Of a stretch of 64,000 nucleotides of DNA, positions 37,343 through 48,582 are shown piece after piece (position 1 is the stretch's first letter; every line of letters starts with the position of its first letter). This stretch comes from Ramazzottius varieornatus (Eukaryota; Animalia; Tardigrada), in the NCBI GenBank assembly GCA_001949185.1, contig BDGG01000006.1:974827-1038826 (forward strand). The letters are read 5' to 3'. The translations under genes and the position numbers were made by a program. The notes beneath the pieces were generated by a model that made no database searches, had not been told where the DNA came from, and saw only the letters and a program-made list of their open reading frames with translations.

Positions 37343-40300
37343 TATTGATGTTCTACTCGGGCAAAATGGCATCTAATATACTATTACTTACTATTCGCCA
37401 TCATTTTGAGTTCTACTTAATTGCTACTTAATATAGTAAAACTTCCGCCTGATCTAATTTACTTTACTATAGTAACTTCCGTTTAATCTCCGTAGTAAAA
37501 TATATTTTACTATTGAAAGCAAAGTTTCAGATCTTAGTAACAAGCCGCACTGGGTAAAAAATTACGAACCGCTTACAAATGTTACCGGGAGAACAGAGAC
37601 CTTAGTCATCGCGATCGGGCAAATACTCTGTATTTCGCAAAGAAAGTATTTTTCTTTCGAGATTGTGGCCGGCTAGTCTGTTTCCTTTCCCCATTGTTGC
37701 AGCTGAGCCAATGGAAAAAACTCTTTCCGGTGCACTCGAAGCAGCCGGTATGGCTAGAATGTCCAAAGCCACACGGCTCAGTAGAGGGAACTTTCCCGCA
37801 TTCTGTATCCAGAAGAGCTCTGAATTGTCATCAGTATTATCTTCCGTACTAGCAGGTAGACTGATATAAGTTTGGATTTCCAAATCAAACGGCGAATTAT
37901 GAGGTGCGACCTCCAAACTTGCAGCGACGAAAAAGTCCAAGTCATCGTCAGTGTTGAACTTCGAGGTGACATTCGGATCAGCAGGTTCAGGGAGTATGTC
38001 TGAGCAAAGAAAGTTTAGAATTTAGCGATAAACAAATTAAACTAATCAGCTGAACGGTCGAACGTGTACCTGAAATGATTTGTTCGTACCAATCACTGCT
38101 CTTTAGTGCGAGCCATCTGGAAGCAAGGCTCGCCACCCGATGTGGCAGAGTGAGGCGCAGTTTCTTGTGAAGAAAGGTGCTCGCAATGTACACTGCATCA
38201 AACTTCGGATCACGTTCATTGATCACGTATCCCAACACGCGAGATAATTCTGATTCCATCGCCAATATGACCTACAAAATACAAAAGCCTTTGCAACTTA
38301 ACGAAAAGAATCGAAACGAGTATAAAACGTTAATACCAAAAATAGATCACATAGCGCACAAGAACACCTACTTGATCGAACGGGTTATCGAGGTGGAAGC
38401 TAGAGAAGTCCAGCTTTGATAATGCATCACGGATGCATTCCAAATGTCGAACCAGCCCGTTGATGTAGAAGTGGACCCGATGAATAGTTGCCTCCTTATC
38501 AGCGCTCAGCTTATCCGTAACCTGCGATCGGAAAGAAACATCGGCATACAAATTCGATTGTAAATGTCTAGCCACAGCTGTACTGTGACACGTACAGTGT
38601 TAAATTTGTCCAATAGTTTTATTATATATCTGATGATAACCCATTCTCCCGGTGTAAGACCTGGAATCTTCAGGTGCCGTGCCATGATTTCTTTTACGGA
38701 ATCTTGTACTAGATCCAGGCGCTTAAGAAACAGCAAAGTTGAATTCCATCGAGTTGAGACATCAGCAATCAAAGTCAGGTTCGTGGCTTTGATGAGTTCG
38801 CCGGTAGCAACGGTGGACATTCTGAATGTCTTCACTATGACTCGGGCTTTCCTGATGATGGGCTTCAGCATCTCGTCTTTCTCAAAAACACGAACAGCCG
38901 TCTGCAAACGATGGATAGTACAGCTGTGGCGCTCAATTCTGAAAAGCGAAAAAAAAACGTTATCATTCAGTTGGTGAAGTAGGATCACATGCCTAACTTC
39001 TAGATGTTTATAAGATTTATGGCTCTGAAATGGAAAACATTACCTTCCGTCGAGCTCCCTGTCGCACTGCTCTGCAAACTGCATGTATTCGTCAACTTCT
39101 TCTACTACATTGGCCTCTTCTGTGTCATCGGCGGTCACTGTTACACCCTCTTCATCCTCGTCCGATTCGTTATGACTGTCTGAACCATTTGAGTCAACGA
39201 AGGCTTTGAAAGCGGCTACCATGTTCGATCCGTTGTCGGTCACTATGGCGGATATCTTGGAAGGTGCAATATCCCATTCAGCCAGAATATCCATTGTAAG
39301 TTTGAACAGCCGAGCAGCAGTGTGTGGAGGTGGAAAGGTGCGACAAGCCAGTGTCATTCGTCGCATAACTTTGGAGTGAGGATCGTACAGGCGAGCAGTC
39401 ATTCCAAGTTTGGATTCAGTCATTCCACGCTTCGTCCAAATATCTGTAATGAAATAAGTACACGTTAAACATTAACGAATGTTAATTTTGTCAAATGAAC
39501 CTTCGAAGGAGAACAGTCCTACCTGCTGACAAGGAAATCTTTCGACCACGACGCAGTACAAATTTCATGTTGGTCAGCAGCTGCTTGTAGACTTTGTCCA
39601 TCTCGGTATTCACAGCTTTTCTACCGAACGCAGGCGATCGAGGGTCATGTTTCATGAAGACACGTTGAGTCGCAGGATTGGCACAGAGTGTTGGCGTCGC
39701 GGTGGTACGTAAACACCACAATGCACGTTCGCGTAGGACAGCTCGATATCTGCAATAAGGAACGAAATGCGATGAATAGATTAATTATCAGTCACCAGCC
39801 AGCAACAGAAAAATGAAATCAATCTTACTTGAAACTTCCTTCCTCGTACGGATGTGAAGACTCAAAGCTGAGTTTAGGCTGGATCATCGTCACGCTTGAT
39901 TCCTGCTGCTTGCTTTTCTCGACATCTTTGCGACATTTCTCCTGCTCTTCATATTTTCCATAAGCCTGAGGATGATGATTTCTGAGGTGAGCCACAGCAT
40001 TTCCAGTGTTACCGGCAGGCTTGACTTCATGTAGGCAGTATTGGCATGTACGACTACCTATCTCGACATCTTCGGTGTAGTGTTGCCATACTGCAGATGC
40101 TCTCTTTGGGCCACCAAGTCGTTTGTGCTTCACGTTAGCAACCGAAGACGACGTTGATGAGCACTGAGGACTAGGAACAGGCGGATCATCATCCGCAGAG
40201 TCCGAAACGTCATCATCAGTAATGTTGATCACTGCTGGGCTGACTACGGCTTCCTTGGTGGGAGCAGAAAATTTTCCATTCCCGGCTGGAGGCTTCTTCA

Positions 40301-40853
40301 GAACGCGTTGTGTCTTCCCTTTGGTCGGTAAAGGCATGGCTGATGAGTAGCTATGGGATAGGTCCTACCTAATCATAAGCAAACTAGAAGGACGCAAAAA
40401 AAACTAGCCGATCATTCCATATTGAGCTTTCAGCAAAACACAAATAATTCGAATCTCCGCCATCACGCACCGGCAAACCGTCAATCCAGCTCGTCTAAGG
40501 AGTACAGAGTATGTAGGCGCATGGCCATCTTGTGTTAGCCCTACGAAGCCAACTTCTGCTGACATAGGGGCGGGATATGCGGTGTGCGCTGTCTTCTGGG
40601 CGTTGCCCCAGATATCAGGGCGCCTACTATAGTACGTCAGTGCGCGCTTCAGACGTATTATACTATATTTTAATATCGTAAACGCTTGATCGAATGTTAC
40701 TATAATATCTCGGTTTCCGTTGTGACTTACTTTACTATTAATTTTCTGTGTCGCAGTCCAGTGCATTCACTTAATATTACTTACTATAGTATATGCTAAA
40801 AGCATCTACTTTCACATACTTTAATATACTTTTACTATAGTAGAACATCACTA
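37343..40853 (-). mobile_element. Full-length hAT DNA transposon
   Basis: 15-bp TIRs TATTGATGTTCTACT (37343-37357) and AGTAGAACATCACTA (40839-40853), one mismatch; 8-bp TSD GGCCGGGC (37335-37342) / GGCCGAGC (40854-40861); AT-rich subterminal TACTAT/ATAGTA repeats. Confidence 0.9.
37602..40337 (-). CDS. hAT transposase with BED zinc finger and C-terminal dimerisation domain, spliced
   Basis: SAVWQHY..CQYC..GNTGNAVAHLRNHH (BED); SLSA|DIWT; IVTDNGSNM; CTIH; DVSTRWNST; FW..FPLLSRVALDILAIPAASSAPERVFS. Confidence 0.9.
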
Positions 40854-40999
40854 GGCCGAGCCCCCGCGGCCCACTGCTCAACGACTCCTTTGAATTTTCT
40901 TTCCACTTCTCCGTCGCCGCAAAGTGCAAGCAGCAAGCCTCTACCCTCTAGAATTTCTGACGTCTAGCTGTTCTCACGGCTTCGGTGCACCGACCTACG

Positions 41000-42326
41000 A
41001 TGGAATGGAAACGAGACGCGCGGAGTATGAGCGGTGCGAAACCGCACCTAATTGACAAAAAGAAGATCTTAGTAAGTTGAAAATGTTCTGATTATACTTT
41101 GCTCCGCTGATTGACTTGATCGAGTACTGCAGCTTTCACTTCCGGTTCGTTTTAGCGAGCAGTGCTGTCCCGATTCATCATCTGGCTGACCATTCCACTT
41201 CGCATTTTCCGAGAACTTAACGATTGGTTCAGTCCTCCAACACCTTTGCGTAACGCCACAGCGAACGTCAGTCACTCGAATGGAAAGGATCATTCAGTTG
41301 ACCGTGCCCAAGAGCAGCTGTGGCGAGAGCAGGCTGACCACGACGAATGGTGGACACCTGGGTCCAGCATGTCCACGCTGAAACTCTTCAACCCTTTGCG
41401 TGTCCGACTAATTGCCGAAGCATACTTGAAAGAAACATTGGGATTGGAGAACTCATGGGAGCAGGCTTTTCACAGGGATGAACGTCCACTGAGTGGTGCG
41501 CGGATCTGTGACGTCGGGTGCGGCGGCGGTATTTTGACGGAAGCCCTGGCGGAAGCTGGAGCCTCCGTGGTCGGCATAGGTCCGTACTCTTTCGAATCTC
41601 CTGACCAATTTCTGAAGGATTAGTGTTTGCAGATATGATGGCTCCTGCGATTGGGATAGCGAAGCGACATTGGCATGATACACACGGAAGTGAGGTATGA
41701 CGTAACTGACATGACCTCACATCACAGAATACTGTATGCAGTAGCATAATATAACACTTATGATTGGATATGACATGACAAATCTTACACATGTTCAGTA
41801 CTAACTTATTTTAAGTTAGAGGGCAACTTAAAGCGATGGTTTCTCTTTGGTACAGTATCAAAGGTTCATTTTTTAGGACTCGACGCTGGCTCCGGAATAC
41901 ATCTGCAAACCTTTGGCAACCTTCGCCGAAGACCAGGCAAGGTCTTTTGACGTGGTAGTCTGTTCGGAGGTGCTGGAGCACGTGTCGAACCCGCAGGAGT
42001 TCGCGGCGATGTGCTGCCAGCTGGTTCGTCCCGGCGGTTGCGTCATCTTCACGACCATGAACCGCACAATCTACTCGCTGTTGTTTTTTATGGTTCTGGT
42101 AGAAGATATTCTGGGTTTGATTCCCCGATGGCTTCATCGTTTGTACCTTTGCGTGAAACCAGAAGAGATCGAACAGGTGACAAACCGAATGGGCTTCGAG
42201 ACGCTGAAGCTGAAAGGCGTTTTGTGGTACCCTTCGAAGCTGTCTTTGTCTATGGAAGAAAACCTAAGATGCTCCTTGATGAGTTTCACTGGTCTTGGAT
42301 ACGCTTTGGTTGCGAAAAGACATTAG
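41000..42326 (+). CDS. COQ3/UbiG-like SAM-dependent O-methyltransferase paralogue C
   Basis: First exon 41000 (or 41027)-41071, exon from 41156; EWWTPG..LKLFNPLR, ICDVGCGGGILTEALA, FDVVVCSEVLEHV, PGGCVIFTTMNRT; closely similar to paralogue B. Confidence 0.85.
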
Positions 42327-43021
42327 GTTCACGCGATAGTCCTGTTTGATTTTCGTTCTGGCTCTTTCATTTACTGTGGGCTTTCTGCGTGATTTTTTCG
42401 ATTGTACTAGTTTTCTGTACGATATTTTCTACTGTAAGGAAAAGAGATTTAATATCATGGTGTGGTTAGAGTAACAAGTCGGCGGTGTCCGCCGGCGATA
42501 AGATGAAATGAGGAATAAGTACAAAATGTGGAATTAAATTGTGGCGAACGGTGGAGCTTCGCTCAATCAAGTCAAAATCAACGATATTTTTGGCCGGGAT
42601 GGAAACTAATTTTGTTGTTGGCTGCTTCGTCATTCGGAATGGAGCTTCCTTCGCATTCAAGTTTAATGCGGTTATCTAACAAAGCCTCTCTGGGATTATA
42701 TCTTGTGGAGCCTCCCCGGAGACGGTTGAGGACTTATTTGCAGGTTATACTTTGTCTTACTGCGTCTTGATTTCCCCCGTTAGTCAGCGCTTCCTCCAGC
42801 CAGTGCAAGCGGAGCGGTGAGCCTCAATAGGCCAGTTTAACTCTTTCTTCGCACGATGGCTGCGTTTTTGTCAACATCTCGTCGCGCTGATTTTTTGCAG
42901 GGAAGCGTTATGGATTTGTGAGACTGCCAGAATGATGTACGCGCAGAGATGAAAGACGAGACGTGCGTGGAAGACAGTTTTTGAGCACAGCTGTTTCCTA
43001 TTCTGCCAGGTGGATACTACG

Positions 43022-46000
43022 ATGCAATCAAGCAATCCACGACGCGGTCGTGGCTTCGGACGAGGCCGTGCTGGCTACCGTGGCGGCTATCGTGGTAACC
43101 AGATGGCTCCATCGTTTTCTGGATCTACTGGACCTTCTCCTGCTTTCGCGACGCAGCCTTCGCCTTCCCTAGTGTGTCCACCCGGTAGCATCACCACTAT
43201 TTGGAATCCTTCCATTTCGGCGCTTCCATCTGGTCTCGCTTCCAGCACGGTCTATACCTCGGCGAGTGTCCCTCTGCCGCACAACAGCCGTAATTTACGT
43301 CCTGTTTACGATCCGCTATCGACGTATCCTACTCCCAGCGGAAGCTACTTTCCCTCCAGGCACAATTACCCAGCGATTCAGCACAACAACGATCCTAGTC
43401 AGTTTCCGCTGCTGTCGATACCAAATGGACAGTCCAATTTCCGTCAGGTTAACCAGCAGACAGTACCGCAGCCACCATATCAATCAATGGTCTACCATCA
43501 GATGCCTGCTGGGCCGGAAACAGCTGGAGGCGGTGTTTACACAGTGGGAGGGCTTACTCATCAGCCTTCGGTACTGGTCCACTCCTGTAGTACCAACCAG
43601 TCGCAAATGCCGTTTCACCAACCTGCATACAGAACTAACCAACCACGACCGTCGGGCAGTGGCCAGCAGTTTCATCAGGGGAACGCCAGGAACCAACCGA
43701 ACATGGCGTACTCCACCGTCACAGCTGGTGCCCCATCCGTCATTTCTTACAATCCCAACACGATCCACATCGACTTGTCGGGGATGAATCGTCCCAACGG
43801 CATCATCCAGCATACTCCTCGTCCGCAGTACGCGATCAACAGCAACAATAGTCCGAAAGCTGTTTCCACCACAGTGCTACCTTTCGCCCACCGTCCTCCA
43901 GATTGCTGGCCTAGACCAGCTAGCCAGAGCCAGACTCTGCCGTCTCAGCCTCTCCCTTTCGACTCACGTCTTCCCCAACAGGCTTCGCACGGACTTGTTC
44001 CGTATCAGTACGGACCAGCACAGACGCAAACGTGGAACGCAAATGGGGCGAATTTCCAGCAGATATCGGTCCAAGCAGGCTGCTCGAACCCGCAGTTCCA
44101 ACCTCAAGTAATAAAACAAAGTTTCCGACCTTCACTTGTGCACTCTGAAATGCTCAAAAATCTTTCACAAACGCGCGAAAGGTTTTTGTTTCCTGCTTAT
44201 TGGTAAACGGTTGATTCCGGGTGTCCGACTAGAAACTTTTACTACATTTGTTTGGTAGTTCGTCACACAAACCCGACAAGGTTGTTTTCCCAGGTGGTGC
44301 ACATTTTCAGTATTATTGGCTGACAGCATGCGTCACTGGAAAAGATGGTCTTGTCGAGAATGTTCACTCAGATCCTATTTGCATTGTTTCCATGATTTTA
44401 TTCCTTCCAGCTTCAGCCACAACACTCCCAAGACACTTACTCCCCGCAACCCGCTCCTCCCTATCAGTATTCCAGTCAACTTCAGTTCCACGGTAATGTT
44501 CAGATACCGTTCGTACAGCCGCATTACTCGGGTCAGTACAGCAACGGATCGAGCAACTTACGGTTCGTCGACGGCTACTCGCGTCCCATGATTCCGACAG
44601 ACCTGAACAATCCCCAGTCGCAACGTGCCATCAAGAACTTCACACCGGAACAGCTGATCGATATGAGGTGGTTCCGCGAAGCAGCGGTCAAGATCACCAG
44701 CTGCAAGCAACAGGACCAGTTCTCTCTCGCCACCATTGCTCATCCTCTCTTGTGTTCCGGTGACACGCACTTGCTCGAGAAATATGTCCAGAACTCACCT
44801 GATTTGCAGGTTCAGCTGCTGGAAATGCTGGAGCGACTCTTCTCTGACAGAAACTACATCCAGGAAATTTACCAGGTACAAAACGACTTTTCCTGCAGCG
44901 CGTATCATACGCTTTGGATTAGGTGCATAATTATGACTTCAAAGTTTTGCACAAGTTGTATGGGGCTCCATGACGTCATAAGGCTGGTTTTGAGACTTCC
45001 TGTTTGTTTAATATTTCCAACTGCCGAAGACTTATAATTACCGTCATCTGTAGCTTTCGCGAGCCTTACTTTGAGGTTATGAAGCCGTTATGGAATGGGA
45101 ATGTATTGAACGGAGTTCGTGGTTCTTTTCAGGACTATGGAACGGATTACTGCAACCAGAACCGATGCGTGTTGAGCATTCAACGGATAAAGAAGCTGGC
45201 CACGCAGTGGCTGAATCGTTTCTACGCCGATCCCGCCATCATTTCCTCCATCTACCTTGACAAGTGCCAAGCTGCCCTGGCCTACCTGATCAAGAACACG
45301 GATGCTGACTCCATCAGCTACGAAGCCTGGCTGGAGAACGTCGAAGACCTCGTTAAGCCATTTCCTGACCGCCTCAAGTCCTTCGCACTTCACCAACTGT
45401 ACAAAAAGCACAAGCTGTACCATCTGACAGACCTCATGGAAAGCTGGGGCTGGAACATGTGGGAAGGGCGGACTATCCCTGAGTTACAGCAGTACGCGGC
45501 TGCCACACAAGTAGCTCAAGCAGAGAAAGCACCAAAGGTACGTTTGACCGTCAGAAACGCAGTTTGGACTTTACATACCGGTACGTGTCGTGGACCCCTA
45601 GCACAGACCTGAGTCGGGGCTCACAGCACGGTTCTGCTTTTGGTGTGGGGTTTTTGGCACGGCTTTGTCATGGGGCCGTGTCGTACATCCCTGACTGGCT
45701 TAGATGTGCTTGCGGATGGCTGATCTGTTAATACTTTGGTGGCTGGTTGCAGGTTTACCATGAATGTGGGCTGGCCAGGGAAGCCATCGAATGGGTAGAC
45801 ACGCTCGAATATTTCCACGCCGCGCTGACAGCGATTGAGGAAGAGGAAGACTGCGTGATAGGGCTGGACTGTGAATGGAACTCGAGTAGGACAGGGTTTG
45901 AAGACAGCTCGCTGGCGTTGTTGCAGGTGGCCAGCAGGAACAAGTGTTACCTGTTAGATGTCCATACGCTGAAACACGAAGCGACGGAAGGGGACTGGGG

Positions 46001-47039
46001 CCACTTGGCCAACGTCCTGAGGAGTCCGACCATCCGCAAACTCGGTTTCGATTTCGGCCAAGACTCTCAAATGCTCAAACCCTTCTTGCCAAGACAGCCC
46101 AATGGCTTCTCTCCGCAAGAAAACAATGTGATTGACATGAAGTCGGCGATCGAATGTATCGTTCGTGAAATTCCAGATTTATTCAGTAAGTCTGATCTTC
46201 GCTCATACGAAATTTGGCAGACAGCACATTTCTTTTCTTCGGTAGTGAGCAAAGACGGTGAAGATCCGCAGATCATTCTAGAAATGCGCTTCGCCCTGGC
46301 CTCAGTAGTTGAGCTGCTCTTTGGAGCTCCGCTGATGAAGACTGAACGAATGTCCAACTGGGAGAGGCGCCCTCTTCGAGAAGCTCAGATCATCTACGCA
46401 GCCACCGACGCCCACTGTCTCTTGCAGGTCTACGACTACCTCACGGAGCTTTGTCAAGCTCGAAACGTTCAGTTCCCTCCGAAAAGTATGCTGAGACCGT
46501 CCAAACAAGCCAAGAAAGATTTCAAGGTTCAAAACGGTAAGAAGACTCGGATGGGAGCTCGGCAAACAGACTCGACAAGATCATTTTTCCAAGTAGCGCA
46601 CATTTCCAGTGTCATCGGCTAGAAGCTTGCGTCACTTGGGAAAACGATCTTTTTGAGTTCCCAAGTGGCCCACGTTTTCATTGTTATTGGCTGAACGTGT
46701 GCGCCACTTCGGGAAACGACTTTGTCGAGCTTTTCGTAAGGGTTCCAGTTGTGAAAGTCAATGGAAGTGGTTCCGATTTCAGGTTCAGGCTTAAATCCCA
46801 CGGTACTCGATCTGGAAACCGAAGTGGATTCCGGTATCCTCGACGGTGCTCCCGCTCCTTCCTCCCCACGAGCAGATGAGTCGTTCTCACTGGGAGTGGA
46901 TCAGCCGGACTGGACGGCGGAAATCACCTTCAGCTCAAATGAGTCGGGAAATTCGTATAATGATCCGTCGCCCACGCAGCTGGCAGTACCGATCGGGCAT
47001 AACTTGAATGAGGTTCCTAGTGATCTTATAGCCACCTGA
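43022..47039 (+). CDS. EXD3/MUT-7/Nibbler-like DEDDy 3'-5' exonuclease with long low-complexity N-terminus, spliced
   Basis: IGLDCEW, ALLQVAS, KLGFDFGQD, SNWERRPLREAQIIYAATDAHCLL; upstream helical region; start codon and last exon (46783-47039) tentative. Confidence 0.8.
44292..44338. repeat. N25 palindrome, 1 unit (EXD3-like intron)
   Basis: Arms 44292 / 44328; spacer 25. Confidence 0.87.
46591..46709. repeat. N25 palindrome, 2 units, 72-bp period (EXD3-like intron)
   Basis: Left arms 46591, 46663. Confidence 0.92.
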
Positions 47040-47271
47040 ATAAGAGATTTTCCCTGTGGCGCCTTCTTGTTTCGAGTTCTCGAAACTTTTCGTTTGATAT
47101 ATGGGAGATTGGTCAAAGAGTGGAAATGTTATATGGTTGTCGGGACATTCACTTGAATGTCTATCGGATGGGGAGTTTTATAGAGTGAAAACTATTCTCA
47201 TCATTTGTGTGTGCTTTGTAAAAACAACGCGTATTGCACATGGGTTAAGGCCGTAGCGAACCGGTCCGCAA

Positions 47272-48012
47272 TGACGTCAGCTATCTTGAAGTTGAAATGC
47301 TACTTCACGTGTAGGTTGTTCGTGCGGATAGCTCATGACGCCATGACCTACACGGCTGTAAGCAACTCAGAACTGTACGGGCCGTGGACATCGTGACGTC
47401 ATGAACTGACTTGCGCAGTGATACGGTTGACTCACTCTCGCTGCTCTTAGCTTGCTTGTCCAAGGTTGTTTTTCTGTCAAGGTACGTCACATGGCATGCT
47501 GACCAAGCTAATTTTTTCCAAACGAGGTCATACGGGCAGGAAATAATGTAGTCAGACACTGAGTTGCTCATCACGGATACTTGTTGGTCGCTTTCAGGTC
47601 GTGTTGAGGTGCAACTCTGATCGGGGAAGGATCTGGTGCGTGCAGGTTCAAGCTGCAGCCTAGAGACAGCTATAATCGGTTCAATATTGATCTCGCTTCC
47701 GGATGCTGCACCTGCTTACTCAAAAGTCCCAAACTAGACGCACACAAACGCGTGAAACGTCCACGAGCTTACGACGTGTGTCTTACCATAGTGGGAGTTT
47801 GTAATATTTCCAACTTTCTCCGCATCGCAGCTCCCGGGTTTGGTTCGACCCAACGACGATCCACTTTTATCCATCTCATTTGCATTTTCCGATATACTAC
47901 GTTTACTTCAGATTAACTCGACTGTGAGCCAGGTAAACCACAAAGAAGGTTCAATACTTCGTACTTCGTAGAATTTGAGTCTTTGACCGTCTTGAATTTC
48001 GTCATGACGTCA
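47272..48012. promoter_or_regulatory. Cluster of three perfect CRE/ATF palindromes upstream of the CAT gene
   Basis: TGACGTCA at 47272, 47394 and 48005. Confidence 0.45.
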
Positions 48013-48582
48013 TCACTTTTGGGCGCTCGGTGCACGTTTGATGATTGATTGACGAAGGCTTAACCGAAACGTTTGCTTTGATTGTTGATTGAGTAGATTG
48101 TCGATTGAGTAGATTGTCATTGTTTTAGTTTTTCTTGGCGTGCGCGAGTTTGGAAGAAAGTCAACTTCCGGACGTTGCAGTGTGTTTGCTCGAGTAAATG
48201 TAACTCCAGTTATCGCTAATTTTGCTAGAATTAACACGGAATAGTATGATCATGAAGGGATACTGCTGACTGAGGCAAATGGTCTGTGTAAAGTAGTGAC
48301 GTCCTTGACGTGCGACGGAATTATCGATTGACGAGGCCGCTTTGTCGAATAATCACCAGTCTCCGTCACACAACTAACTTAGTTCACTGGTTTGTTGGTG
48401 CATGTTACAGGTTGCCCTTCTCTCCACAATCTGCACTCTGGCTTTAGCCCATTCGGTTTCGCTTACAAGTCGGGACTTTCATCCAGTCAATGAAGCGCCA
48501 GCGGAAGAGCAGATAACGACCAGCTGGAGACCGTTTCCACGCTTTACCATCCTTTAAAAGGACCACCATCTGGATCTTGACC

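Noticed and set aside
48084-48120. Short direct duplications (GATTGAGTAGATTGTC x2; GGTGCCCTTTAC x2 at ~58309)
   Set aside because: Ordinary slippage duplications with no further structure.
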